Assembly (NCBI GenBank): GCA_027320085.1
Contig: DAHVLZ010000032.1
Location: 1 to 44,223 of the forward strand
DNA length: 44,223 nt
Direction of reading: 5' to 3'
Source of the DNA: Pseudomonadota bacterium
Lineage (GTDB): Bacteria; Pseudomonadota; Gammaproteobacteria; JAKAQQ01
Positions 1 to 9,599 of the stretch are shown here, in pieces. Every line of letters starts with the position of its first letter. Positions within the stretch are counted from its first letter, which is position 1. Made by a program: the position numbers and the translations under genes. Under the pieces are notes generated by a model, which was not told where the DNA came from, ran no database searches, and saw nothing but the letters and a program-made list of their open reading frames with translations.

Positions 1-53
1 CTGGGGATCCTGCTTGGGTTTTGGGGTCTCCTGGGCTGGACCCGGCGGAGGCG
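1..53. repeat. Inverted repeat copy 1 (partner 43703-43755)
   Basis: 53/53 nt identity checked by eye. Confidence 0.9.
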
Positions 54-66
54 GGCGAGGAATTAG
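1..66 (+). CDS. 3' end of a GlyGly-CTERM (rhombosortase-sorted) surface protein, partial
   Basis: Frame 1 reads LGILLGFWGLLGWTRRRRARN-stop, a TM helix plus basic tail; nt 1-53 are identical to the reverse complement of 43703-43755. Confidence 0.75.
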   Translation: MGILLGFWGLLGWTRRRRARN

Positions 67-397
67 ATCGAGGGTCGGGGAGGGAAGCTGCGTCCCCCCG
101 GCTCGTGATTCTCCTGGAGGTACTGGGGCCCGGGGTACTGCTTGGCTTTTTGACCCTTTTGTTTTTGAATGGAGAAGCCCCCTGTCGCCTTGGTCCTCCT
201 GTTGTTTCGGGAGGCAAAGGGCAACGAGGCCCAGGCGATCGATCCGGATTTTCCGGTCAGTTCCGCCAGCCGTGTTCACCCAGTAGGCCGTCTGATATGC
301 TTGACCTCCACATCCGACCGGGTGCTACGCTCGGGGACCGGTCAATCCACCCTATCCAAGGGAGCGTTTCGGATTTGGTTTGACAGATGCTGACCGC

Positions 398-1048
398 ATG
401 AAGAAGATCGTGGTGCTCAATCCGAAGGGTGGATCCGGCAAGACCACCGTGGCCACCAACCTGGCTGTCTGCCTCGCCAGGGACGGAAGGCGGGTCTGCC
501 TGCTCGACCTCGATCCCCAGGGTTCCTCGCTGGCCTGGCTCCGCAAGCGGCCGGAAGCGCAGGTCCCGATCTACGGGATCAATGGAGCCCATCTCAACCA
601 GCACGTCACCCGCAGCTGGCAGTTTCACCAGTATCCGGACGCGGAGATCCTCCTCGTGGACAGCCCCGCGGGGGTTCCCCGGGAGCGGATCGTCGACATC
701 CTCCGCGACGCCCAGGGTTTGCTCATGCCCATTCTCCCCTCGGCGATCGATATCGAGGTTGCCCCGCGGATCATTGGCGATCTCCTCTTGATGAACTATC
801 CGCGCGAGCGGATCGGCATCATCGGCAACCGGGTCCGCAGTGGCACCCGCTCCCTGGACCAGCTCCGCAAATTCCTGGATCAACTGGGCATCCCGTTCAT
901 CACCTTCGTCAAGGATACCCAGCTCTACATCCAGGCCGGCTCACAGGGGCTCGGTCTCGTTGAATTCCCGCCGTGGATGATCGCTGGGGAAGGAGAGGTC
1001 TGGCACCGGATCCGCGAATGGGCAGAAGGCCTGCCGGTCCTGCCCTGA
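398..1048 (+). CDS. ParA/MinD-family ATPase
   Basis: Deviant Walker A KGGSGKTT, DLDPQGS and vDSPAG motifs; ATG at 398 preferred over the ORF-track start at 380. Confidence 0.9.
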   Translation: MKKIVVLNPKGGSGKTTVATNLAVCLARDGRRVCLLDLDPQGSSLAWLRKRPEAQVPIYGINGAHLNQHVTRSWQFHQYPDAEILLVDSPAGVPRERIVDILRDAQGLLMPILPSAIDIEVAPRIIGDLLLMNYPRERIGIIGNRVRSGTRSLDQLRKFLDQLGIPFITFVKDTQLYIQAGSQGLGLVEFPPWMIAGEGEVWHRIREWAEGLPVLP

Positions 1049-1055
1049 TCCCGGC

Positions 1056-2417
1056 TCAGGCAATCCAGACGGTCCTTGTATTGACGAACTCGTGCAGTCC
1101 CGCCTCCCCGAGTTCGCGTCCCACCCCGGAATCCCGGATGCCGCCGAAGGGCAGTCGGGGATCGCTTTTCACCATGCTGTTCACGAAGGACATGCCGGAG
1201 GGGAGCCTGCGGGCCAGCCTTTCGGCGCGGTCGAGATCGCCCGTCCAGAGACTCGCGCCGAGCCCGTAGGGAGTGGCCCCGGCCAACTCCAGGGCTTCCT
1301 CTTCGTCCCGCACGCGGAACAGGAGGGCGGCCGGACCGAAAACCTCCTCTTGCCAGACCCGCATGGTGCAATCCAGTCCCTCGATCACGGTCGGGGCATA
1401 AAAGTAGCCGGGCCGGGACGGCGTGGTCCCGCCGGCGAGCAGGCGGGCTCCCCGGTGACGCGCGTCCTCCACCTGGGCTGCCAGTTGTGATCGCAGATCG
1501 TCCCGCGCCATGGGGGCGAGGGTCGTCCGGGGATCCATGGGGTCACCCAGGACGAGCGCGCCGACCCGGGCCAGGAAGCCGTCCAGAAAGCGGTCATAGA
1601 CCTCCGCCTGGACCAGGAAGCGCTTCGCGGCGATGCAGCTCTGGCCTGCGTTCTGGAAGCGGGCGGTGACCCCGGCTCCCGCTGCCGCCTCGACGTCGGC
1701 ATCCGCGAGGACGATCCAGGGATCGGAACCCCCGAGTTCGAGAACGCACTTCTTGAGATGGGCTCCCGCCTGCGCGGCCACGGCACGCCCGGCACGGGTA
1801 CTGCCCGTCAGGCTGACGCCCCGGATGCGAGGATCCGCGATGAGGCCTTCGACCCACTCCACCTCGATGGGGAGTGACTGAAAGACGCCTGCCGGGAAAC
1901 CGGCCTCGCGGAACAGGCGGTCGATTTCCAGCGAGACGGATGTGACATTGGGGGCATGCTTGAGGAGGACCGTATTGCCGGCCGCGATCGCCGGCAGGGC
2001 AAAACGCAGCACCTGCCAGAACGGGAAATTCCACGGCATGATACCGACGAGCGGGCCCAGGGGGTCGTAGCAGACATAACTCCGTCGGGCTTCGGTGGCC
2101 ACCGGATCGTCGGCCCAGAGGGCCGGGGCTTTTTCGGTGAGGTACCGGCAGAGCAGGGCGCACTTGTCAACCTCGGCGAGTGCCTCGACGAGCCGTTTGC
2201 CCATCTCCCGGCTCGCGAGCGCGGCCAGGGATTCCCGTTCTGATCCCAGACGGAGTGCAAGCTCCCCGACCGGACGGAGACGGGTGTCCAGGGTGGCAGA
2301 CGACCACATCGCAAAGGCCCGCGCGGATTGCGCAACCGCCCGTTCGAGGGCCTCCCCCGTCCAGGCCTCATGCCGGGCCCACTCCCGGCCATCGAAGGGA
2401 TTGATGGAAACCAGCAT
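1056..2417 (-). CDS. NAD(P)-dependent succinate-semialdehyde dehydrogenase-like aldehyde dehydrogenase
   Basis: [35 protein letters not shown] and PFGG motifs; start placed at MLVSINP. Confidence 0.9.
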   Translation of the reverse strand: MLVSINPFDGREWARHEAWTGEALERAVAQSARAFAMWSSATLDTRLRPVGELALRLGSERESLAALASREMGKRLVEALAEVDKCALLCRYLTEKAPALWADDPVATEARRSYVCYDPLGPLVGIMPWNFPFWQVLRFALPAIAAGNTVLLKHAPNVTSVSLEIDRLFREAGFPAGVFQSLPIEVEWVEGLIADPRIRGVSLTGSTRAGRAVAAQAGAHLKKCVLELGGSDPWIVLADADVEAAAGAGVTARFQNAGQSCIAAKRFLVQAEVYDRFLDGFLARVGALVLGDPMDPRTTLAPMARDDLRSQLAAQVEDARHRGARLLAGGTTPSRPGYFYAPTVIEGLDCTMRVWQEEVFGPAALLFRVRDEEEALELAGATPYGLGASLWTGDLDRAERLARRLPSGMSFVNSMVKSDPRLPFGGIRDSGVGRELGEAGLHEFVNTRTVWIA

Positions 2418-2613
2418 GCTGCCTCCCGCGGCCAGGCGGCCGCGTGCTCTCCAAACCTCTACTATAAAACCCATCCAGTCTGCCCCAGACGATCTGGAAC
2501 GGCAAAAGCCGGTGCTGGAGCCTTGCGGTGCCCGAACAGGGTCCTTTTCCCTTTGTTTCCAGTAATATTTCCCCCGGGGTTCCGGTTTTCTGCCGGCACA
2601 TCAAGAGCAGGTC

Positions 2614-3201
2614 ATGGAAAAATCCGAGGTCGAGCAGGGTCTCGCAAGATTGGGCGAGATGGCCAATGAGGATGGAGTGACCATTGATTTGGCGATCTAT
2701 GGCGGCTCGGCACTGGTGTTGCGGTGGGAATTCAGGCTGGCCATCCGTGGTGTGGATATCATGGTTATGGGTGATGCCAACTACGTTCACCAGGCAGCGG
2801 CAAGAATTGCGGAGGAAAAAGGATGGCCGGTGGACTGGGTGAACGATGCGGTAAAAGGTTTTGCTTCTCCGCAGGGTCATCACGATCTGTACCGGGAATA
2901 TCTTCATGACAAGGGCGGAATGCGGGTATTTGTGCCTCGGGCATCTTATCTGCTTGCCATGAAATGCATGGCCATGCGTATGGACGAACCAGACGGCCAC
3001 AACGATGTGGACGATATCAAATCACTGATCACCGAGGTGGGCATCGGCAAGAAGAGTGAACTGTATGATCTGGTGGAGTCTTATTACCCCAAGCACCGGA
3101 TTCCGCCCCGGGTTTACTATGGCATGGAGCAGATCATGAGCGAGATGGCACATGGAAAAAGTGGAGAACGCCAAAAGAAGCCGCCCGAACTTCCTCTTTG
3201 A
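2614..3201 (+). CDS. DUF6036-like nucleotidyltransferase (putative TA toxin); catalytic DxD appears as GxD
   Basis: YGGSAL, W.N.AVKGF, YLLAMKCMA.R and D..DI motifs. Confidence 0.7.
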   Translation: MEKSEVEQGLARLGEMANEDGVTIDLAIYGGSALVLRWEFRLAIRGVDIMVMGDANYVHQAAARIAEEKGWPVDWVNDAVKGFASPQGHHDLYREYLHDKGGMRVFVPRASYLLAMKCMAMRMDEPDGHNDVDDIKSLITEVGIGKKSELYDLVESYYPKHRIPPRVYYGMEQIMSEMAHGKSGERQKKPPELPL

Positions 3202-3568
3202 GGTGGCGAACAGAATTCGGGCGGGCGAAACCAGCGCTGTCGCCATGGGCGGGTTTCTGGATGCCTATCCGGCATCGGCCATGGGGGATCGTCCGTCCTT
3301 TCTGCAGGAGCGCCCGGGGTCTTTAGATCTTTCCGATCCCTGGAGGACGCGCGTGATGGATGCCTCCCTCTCGGCCGTGGCAGAGTTTCTGGCCTGCCGG
3401 GATCGCCTGCCGGCACCGGACTGGGTTTTTGATCGGGAATATTTTCTGGACCGGCCCTTGTTTGCCTGCTCCAGTGATGGGATGCGGCCGTTGCTGATCA
3501 TGGAAAGTCCGGTTTCTTTCCGCCGCAGGAACCTGTTTGTCTCGAAGAACGCGCTGAGTCGGGCCTGA
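3152..3568 (+). CDS. Conserved partner of DUF6036-type nucleotidyltransferases (putative antitoxin)
   Basis: Overlaps the upstream gene; DA.L.AVAE.LA, P.P.W, FLD.P.F and ESP..FRRRNLF motifs. Confidence 0.6.
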   Translation: MEKVENAKRSRPNFLFEVANRIRAGETSAVAMGGFLDAYPASAMGDRPSFLQERPGSLDLSDPWRTRVMDASLSAVAEFLACRDRLPAPDWVFDREYFLDRPLFACSSDGMRPLLIMESPVSFRRRNLFVSKNALSRA

Positions 3569-3582
3569 TCGCGCACAGCGTG

Positions 3583-3614
3583 AGCCCCGCCCCACCAGCG
3601 AGGGGCTGTTTGTT
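3583..3614 (+). terminator. Possible intrinsic terminator
   Basis: agcccc...ggggct stem followed by gtttgtt directly after the 3568 stop. Confidence 0.35.
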
Positions 3615-3654
3615 GAACCGGGACAGGCAGAATGGCTTCCCGGTGAGGAGGAAA

Positions 3655-3722
3655 AATGGCTCCCGACCCAACGATCTGGTATTTAGACGACGAGGTCACG
3701 CCGGCGCCAGAGGTCATCCGGC
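3655..3722 (+). pseudogene. Remnant of a vapC 5' end
   Basis: Reads TIWYLDDEVTPAPEVI, matching TWYFDDEVTRATEAV of the intact vapC at about 4211-4260. Confidence 0.6.
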
Positions 3723-3900
3723 CGCGCTCACCTTTGCGCGTGGAATCAGCTACTACGAATCTGTTGACCGGAAAACTACATTGAACCTGGCACAAAGAAC
3801 GCGGGCTGGTCAGAGACGAGAACCGGGAAAAACTTCCGTAAGCCCTTAGTTTGCAAGTCGGCCCCTTGAAGACCCATCTGGATTTTTCTAGCCGTTCTTT

Positions 3901-3930
3901 TATACTAGTCTAGTTAGTTGTCTAGTCGGT
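3901..3930 (+). promoter_or_regulatory. Putative -10 (TATACT) and CTAG-rich operator of the phd-vapC operon
   Basis: tatactagtctagttagttgtctagtc lies just upstream of the antitoxin RBS. Confidence 0.4.
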
Positions 3931-3941
3931 TGGAGTCGACC

Positions 3942-4184
3942 ATGAAGAAAGTTGGAGCGTTTGAAGCGAAGAGCCGGTTGGGCCAGCTCCTCGATTGGGT
4001 CGAGGCCGGTGAGGAGGTCGTCATCACCCGCCGTGGCGAAGTGGTTGCGCGCCTGGTGCCTCCCCACCTGGCCTTCGACCGTGAGCGCAGCCGCCGTGCC
4101 GTGGCACGGATCCGCGAAATGCGCAAAGGCATGACGCTCGGTGGGCTCGCAATCAAGGACCTGATCAGCGAGGGTCGCTTGTGA
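3942..4184 (+). CDS. Phd/YefM-family antitoxin
   Basis: MKKVGAFEAKSRLGQLLDWVEAGEEVVITRRG signature. Confidence 0.9.
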   Translation: MKKVGAFEAKSRLGQLLDWVEAGEEVVITRRGEVVARLVPPHLAFDRERSRRAVARIREMRKGMTLGGLAIKDLISEGRL

Positions 4185-4600
4185 GCGTGGTGATCGACGC
4201 CTCGCTCACAATGACCTGGTATTTCGACGACGAGGTCACACGGGCGACGGAGGCCGTCCTGGATCAGGTGTCCAAGGCTGGAGCCATCGTGCCGGGGCTA
4301 TGGCGGATTGAGGTTGCCAACGCCTTCCAGGCCGCACTCCGGCGCAAGCGGATCTCGCCGGAATATCGCGACCAGTCCCTGGCCGAGCTCGCAGAACTTC
4401 CGATCACGATGGATGCCGATACTGGCACCTATGCCTGGACGACGACCCTGCGCTTGGCCGAACGTTTTGGCCTGACCCTGTATGACGCGACCTATCTGGA
4501 GCTTGCACAGCGTCACAGCCTCCCGCTCGCGACGCTCGACCAAGAGCTTCGGGAAGCGGCCTTGGCCCTTGAGGTCCCCCTTCTCGGATTGGAGGCGTGA
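4181..4600 (+). CDS. vapC: VapC PIN-domain toxin
   Basis: VIDAS, EVANA, YDATYL and LATLD acidic residues; GTGA overlap with the antitoxin. Confidence 0.9.
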   Translation: MSVVIDASLTMTWYFDDEVTRATEAVLDQVSKAGAIVPGLWRIEVANAFQAALRRKRISPEYRDQSLAELAELPITMDADTGTYAWTTTLRLAERFGLTLYDATYLELAQRHSLPLATLDQELREAALALEVPLLGLEA

Positions 4601-4845
4601 TAGCCGAGCAATTTTTTCCGTTCCTGCCCAACTGGGGAGTCTGATAATCCCGATCGAGGCCCTCTTGGTGCCGGAGCGGATCGCCGATGCACACGCGGCG
4701 GGCTCAACGAACCCGCACTACGCCAGGTCCTCCCCCCTCTTGATCCCTTTCGTGCCCATCTCGATCCGGTTCCAACCCCCTTCACCCCGATTCCCATCAA
4801 AGCGGACATCACGAACTTCCTCTTACAGACCTCCGGGGGGATCGA

Positions 4846-5165
4846 GTGGCCAGTCCCGTTGATTCGGGGCACATAGGGCGCCATTCCTCGCGGTATCTTG
4901 GGCAGCGGGGACACCCCCAGGGCACGAGGTCGATCAAGGCCTGGTTTTATGCTGAGCGAATCCGGACAGGCCCAGCTGTCCTCGATCGCGCGATCGCGAT
5001 CAAGGTCGGTCGCACTCACCCAGCGGGCGCAGCGTGTGCCCGGTTGTGCAGCGGGGGAGTCGAACCACGCGCTGGCACGGCGCCTGGCGATCATGGGGGC
5101 CTCGGTGGGCAGATGGCGGTGCCGCTTTGTGCAGCATCGGATCCGGGGACGGGACGACGTTCGTC
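4846..5165 (+). mobile_element. IS630-family transposase remnant, copy 1 (N-terminal HTH)
   Basis: LS....AQLSSIARSRS...CAAGESN..LARRL....VGRWR.RF; about 220 nt direct repeat with 6439-6667. Confidence 0.75.
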
Positions 5166-5185
5166 AGCAGCCTAACCAATCACGT

Positions 5186-5458
5186 CTAGACGTAGCCTTT
5201 ATCCCTCAGGATTTCGATGTATCCATCCCGAGTAAGCGGACAATTTATTAAATCGGCAAATTGCCGTTCATCAAGCTTCATTTGCTGGCGTATGAACCCC
5301 GGAATCTTGCCATCAAGCTTTCCAGATCCCATCGATCTCTTTGTCCGAAGAACCAATTTCCCATCGACATAAAACAACGCATGCCTGTCACGGTTTTCCT
5401 TAATCCGCATCTCCAGCTTTTTCCATGCTCGGTCTACGTCAGATGCCTTAATGGACAC
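5186..5458 (-). CDS. HicA-like small basic protein (putative toxin)
   Basis: 90 aa; K.RDRH..FYVDGK...T..S.G...IRQQMKL....F..LI.C.L pattern resembles the HicA dsRBD-like fold with its His. Confidence 0.55.
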   Translation of the reverse strand: MSIKASDVDRAWKKLEMRIKENRDRHALFYVDGKLVLRTKRSMGSGKLDGKIPGFIRQQMKLDERQFADLINCPLTRDGYIEILRDKGYV

Positions 5459-5917
5459 TTAAACTTCACTCACGATCCGTTGGAGAAACTGCCAGTGGGC
5501 CTGCTGCAATGGCCCCAATCTATGCTGGTCTTCTTTCAAGATGTAGTACGTATCAACAATCGATGCCTTCAGCTCACTAATGGAGCTCTGCTCGTCGTCT
5601 GAAGTAACAAACTCATCCAAGTCAACCGAATAGGCTATATAGCCGCTTCCAGACGATTCAACATAGATTTGAATCGGCTCTTTTAAACACAAACCCGCCC
5701 TGTCCAAGCTTGCGATCCGTATAGCTTGCCTGGGAGCAATACTGTGTCCGCCGGAGCAGATATACCGGCTCTCGACGGCGTTTAATTCAGACACCACCAT
5801 TTTGTAATACGCGCTCGACCACTGCATTGACTGTGCTTGTTCCCGATCTCCAGAAGCCAGGCTATCCCCATCGCCACTGTAAATCTTGAAATTCAGTGCA
5901 CTTGCAGAGGCAGACAT
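5459..5917 (-). CDS. HicB-like acidic protein (putative antitoxin)
   Basis: PI.I.VE...GYIAYS.DLD.F....D.E..I.ELK.SIVD.Y..L; abuts the downstream gene. Confidence 0.5.
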   Translation of the reverse strand: MSASASALNFKIYSGDGDSLASGDREQAQSMQWSSAYYKMVVSELNAVESRYICSGGHSIAPRQAIRIASLDRAGLCLKEPIQIYVESSGSGYIAYSVDLDEFVTSDDEQSSISELKASIVDTYYILKEDQHRLGPLQQAHWQFLQRIVSEV

Positions 5918-5938
5918 GAGCAGGACTCCCTGTAAAAC

Positions 5939-6223
5939 TTAGTTGATGGGTCGCTTATCCGGACCGGGAACTACATGAACAAAGCCCACGGCTTTGACGA
6001 TATACAGAGGGTTGTTTTCGTTGTCATATTCGCCCTCCACTCGCCAAATCTCCTGAACAACATGACGAAGCGTAAGCAGAGACCCATCATCAAGGTTGTA
6101 CTTGGACGGAAGCTCCTTAGCATCCACGATCTCAACAAGAATACAGTCCTTGAGCCTTGGACCCTGTGGCGTAAGTACATTCATTTTTTGCCGACGAGGT
6201 GAGTCAGGCATGGGGTATCCCAA
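5939..6223 (-). CDS. Small beta-rich hypothetical protein, first gene of the three-gene module
   Basis: E.PSKYNLDDGS.L.LRHVV.EIWRV...YD.ENNP.Y.V; AT-richer like its neighbours; start uncertain (6223, 6211 or 6183). Confidence 0.6.
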   Translation of the reverse strand: MGYPMPDSPRRQKMNVLTPQGPRLKDCILVEIVDAKELPSKYNLDDGSLLTLRHVVQEIWRVEGEYDNENNPLYIVKAVGFVHVVPGPDKRPIN

Positions 6224-6438
6224 TATTCAAAGTCGATTGCTCGTGCACAGTTATCTTAGCAAATAAACACTAGGCGTAACCAGTACTATCAATTTCCAAG
6301 CGACCCTAACAGAATTCCTCTGCTGTCGAAAAGGCCCTTCAACTGGAACCGTGAGCGTCGGACTGCACGGCTGGTACGCCCCATGAGCTCCCAGAAGGCA
6401 CTTGGCCTTTTGTATACCTGAAATTACATCGCCCCCGG

Positions 6439-6760
6439 GTGGTCAGTCCCGTTGATTCGGGGCACATAGGGTGCCATTCCTCGCGGTGTCTTGGGCAGCG
6501 GGGGTACCCCCAGGGCACGAGGTCGATCAAGGCCTGGTTTTATGCTGAGCGAAACCGGACAGGCCCAGCTGTCCTCGATCGCGCGGTCGAGATCGATGTC
6601 GGCCTCACCACCCAGCGGGCGCAGCGTGTGCCCGGTTGTGCAGCGGGGGAGTCGAACCACGCGCTGGAGTGTGCGCACCGCGGCCCGCGAGAGCGGCATT
6701 TCCAAGGGCAGCGTCCATCGCGACTTCGAGATATTTGGCCTGAAGCCGCATCGCAGAAAT
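6439..6760 (+). mobile_element. IS630-family transposase remnant, copy 2 (internally deleted)
   Basis: Same 5' block as copy 1, joined to TRWSVRTAARESGISKGSVHR..IFGLKPHR. Confidence 0.75.
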
Positions 6761-6951
6761 TGGTCCCCTGCATCTTCAGGTTGGACCGGCTCTTCCGCAA
6801 GGGAGCCCATGGTATACCAGTATGTTTGATGTCCAGCAACTTTTTCTCTGCGTTTGGTCTGTCAGTCGTGCTGGGCTCTCTCTAGCAGCAAGGCCGGTGC
6901 TCGAGCTTTGGTGAAGGCTGTCCGGGGTGATGGATCCGGTCCGGATCTGCT

Positions 6952-7922
6952 TCAGGGTGGGTTGGGCTTATGGGGCGGAGGGAGCCTCGGGGAAGTCAGT
7001 TGCCGCAGGGCTAGGGCGGCGCCCATGTATTCGGCATACCCGACGACAGCCGTCTGGAGCGACGCGCGGAAGTAGCGCAGGGCCAGACGCCTGTGCCCCC
7101 GCAGCTTCGCCTGAAATCCGAGATAGTAGGTGGCCTCGCACAGTCGTTCCGGCGCGTTCCCCTTGAGCACGCTTTCGAGGAGAGCCTTCTGGCGGATCCG
7201 GCCCATGAGATCGAGGAGGACCGGCATCGGCCAGAGGGGGTCCGCGTGGTGGAGGAGATGGGGTTTCACGGTCGAGCCGGGATCGAGCCCCGCCCCCTCC
7301 GAGGCGAGATAGAGATAGGTGAGTTCATAGGCCCTTGCAAATCCGTTGGGGTGGCTCGCCAAAAGCCGGAAAAGGATCCGGCGGGCCTTCCGGTAGTGGC
7401 CATGCATGATCATCTCGAGGGCACTCATGCGCAGGGCATGCCAGTAATCGGTGTGGCCGGCTCCCGTGGGAGCCGGTTCGCGCAAGGCCTTCCGGAAGAT
7501 CCGTGAGGCCCTGTGCCACTGGCCGACTGGATGCCCAAGTCGAGTTGGAATTCTCCGGGCACTGTCGCGAGGCGGGTCGCCTTGACATATTGCACGAGGG
7601 ACAGGATCTGGAGCCCGAGCGCGCTGTCGTCGCTCCCGATCTCGCCGTGCAGGCGGGCCAGCCTCTCCAAAAACACCCGTCGCCTGAGGGGCCGGGCGTG
7701 GAGCCGGTCCGCGGGCAGGAGGGCCCCCGCCGTGAGAGTGGCGATCTTGGTTTCCCTGCGCAGGATGTCGGTCTGGCATTCCCGGCTGTGGGGCATGTAC
7801 GTGAAGGTCCGGGTACGCGCATAGGCCAGGAGGGGAAGCGTGGAAGGCACGCGACGGGCGGGGGTCAGCGCACAGGCACCCAGGAGGAGGAGAACCAGGG
7901 CCAGGAGCGGTCTCGGGTCCAT
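6952..7922 (-). pseudogene. NlpI-like TPR lipoprotein split by a frameshift near 7525 (pseudogene or assembly error)
   Basis: Lipobox LLGAC in the 7425-7922 frame; NlpI-like WP.PV...L.G and LCEATYYLG...A..YF in the 6952 frame. Confidence 0.6.
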
Positions 7923-7947
7923 CCTCCGGTGAGGGGGCTCCCGGGTT

Positions 7948-8247
7948 TCATCGCCGTTCGTTCCGATCCGGGGGCCCGGCCACTTCGTGCCGCTCGCCGC
8001 TCACGGGATCGTAGTAGACCTCGATCGTGCCCGGACGGCCAGGTGACTCGTAGCGCTCGCCGGTCTTCTGCCAGGAGGGATCCGGGCGACTCACGGGTGG
8101 ACGATAGCGCCAGCGCTCGAAGAGGAGGGCGGCCAGAATGGCGAGTCCGGAGACGAGAACCGGGAAAAACCTCATCCCCAGGGCGAGGAGCGCGAGTCCC
8201 AGCGCGACGAGGAGCAGAGCGGCTGCAAGCAGCACCTTGCGCAACAT
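7948..8247 (-). CDS. Small two-TM membrane protein
   Basis: Hydrophobic N-terminus, FERWRY, W..TGER and VYYDP.SGER motifs; 3 nt from the ybjQ-like gene. Confidence 0.7.
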   Translation of the reverse strand: MLRKVLLAAALLLVALGLALLALGMRFFPVLVSGLAILAALLFERWRYRPPVSRPDPSWQKTGERYESPGRPGTIEVYYDPVSGERHEVAGPPDRNERR

Positions 8248-8250
8248 GTT

Positions 8251-8574
8251 TCAGGGCTCCTTTTCGAGGACGACCGCCGTACCGTAGGCCACGATCTCGC
8301 ACATGCTCTGGCCGATTTCCGAGGAATCGAAGCGCATCATGACGACGCCGCTTGCGCCCATCAGGGTCGCGTTCTTGACCATCCGGTCGATGGCGTGGCG
8401 CCGGGCTTCCTCCAGCATCGCCGTGTATTCGGTGATCTCGCCGCCGACCAGGGAACGCAGGCCGGCCATGATGTTGCCGCCCAGTCCCCGACTGCGGACG
8501 ACCACGCCGAAGACCTGACCTTTCACCTCACGTACGCGATAGCCAATGACCTGTTCGGTCGTCGTGATCATCAT
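8251..8574 (-). CDS. YbjQ/UPF0145 family protein
   Basis: MMITTTE.V.G, AGLRSLVGGEITEY and EIVAYGTAV. Confidence 0.9.
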   Translation of the reverse strand: MMITTTEQVIGYRVREVKGQVFGVVVRSRGLGGNIMAGLRSLVGGEITEYTAMLEEARRHAIDRMVKNATLMGASGVVMMRFDSSEIGQSMCEIVAYGTAVVLEKEP

Positions 8575-8775
8575 GGGACACTCCTCCCCGGGGGGGATCG
8601 GGGCTTGCGGGCCAGTTGATGGATCATATACCGGACCGGCACGCGCAGTCGCCCGCCGGATCGGCACCTCCCCGGGGGACACGGAAGCGGAGCCGTGTTG
8701 CCGGGCCTGCGGATCGGTGGGGGCCTGCTCCGGACGGGCTCTTCTGCCGGCCGGGAAGCCAACCGGATCGCATCC

Positions 8776-9564
8776 TTATAGTGCGAGTAAAACATGCAAG
8801 GCGATGTCCGCAGAAAAATGCGAGAGCATCGCTGATTCAAGTCCATATTTTGTGTACAAGTAACCGGTGCAGACACCGACCAGTCCATTCAGCACGATGG
8901 CACGCGTGATGACCAGTGGAGTGAGCGGCAACAAGAGGGAAGTGGCTGGCAAGTGTCCCAGCCCGAACAAAACCGCAGCCAGCAGATTCGCCATCCAGAA
9001 TATCGTTGCCGTGGGTTTGCCTTCGGCGGTCTTGCTGACGAATCGGCCCAGCCAGACCAGGACCGACATGACACACAGCCGCAGCAAAACCTCCTCATTG
9101 ATGCCCCCATAAAACGCGGCCAGCAATCCCTTCCAGGCGGCTGGCTGGGAAGTGGGCGAAAAAACCCGGGCCTTGCTTCCCAGCTCGGCCCTGAGCGCGG
9201 GGAGAAATCCATAGACGTCGATGGCAACGACGAGAGCGGATGCCACCACACCGGTCACGATGCTGGGAAGCAGCATCGCCTTGATCTTCCCGCCGACCGC
9301 CGCTCCATTCAATTTTGCCTCAAGGATCGGAAGTCCCAATCCCACCCGCCTGGCGGCAGCCAACCCGATAAAAATGGCGATGGCAAACAAGAGCGCATTT
9401 TGTAATATCTGGATGGAAATCAAGAGCGGCAGTGGCAGTGGCAACTTTCCTTGTGCAGGCATGGAGGATTGGAGTGCGAGCGAGTAGGGTACGATCGCGA
9501 TGACACCAAAAACACAGGCGGCGAGCAGAATCCGGAAGATTTTCCATTGGAAGGGCTTGTTCAT
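8776..9564 (-). CDS. CPBP (CAAX/Abi) intramembrane metalloprotease
   Basis: EEVLLR, FGLGH and H...D motifs; GGAG RBS before ATG 9564. Confidence 0.9.
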   Translation of the reverse strand: MNKPFQWKIFRILLAACVFGVIAIVPYSLALQSSMPAQGKLPLPLPLLISIQILQNALLFAIAIFIGLAAARRVGLGLPILEAKLNGAAVGGKIKAMLLPSIVTGVVASALVVAIDVYGFLPALRAELGSKARVFSPTSQPAAWKGLLAAFYGGINEEVLLRLCVMSVLVWLGRFVSKTAEGKPTATIFWMANLLAAVLFGLGHLPATSLLLPLTPLVITRAIVLNGLVGVCTGYLYTKYGLESAMLSHFSADIALHVLLAL

Positions 9565-9599
9565 GGATGTCTCCATTCGTGCGCGTGTTGGGCGAGGGC

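Noticed and set aside
398-1048. Plasmid or ICE partition system
   Set aside because: No parB, parS or rep gene nearby; composition matches the host backbone, so an orphan chromosomal ParA-like protein is more likely
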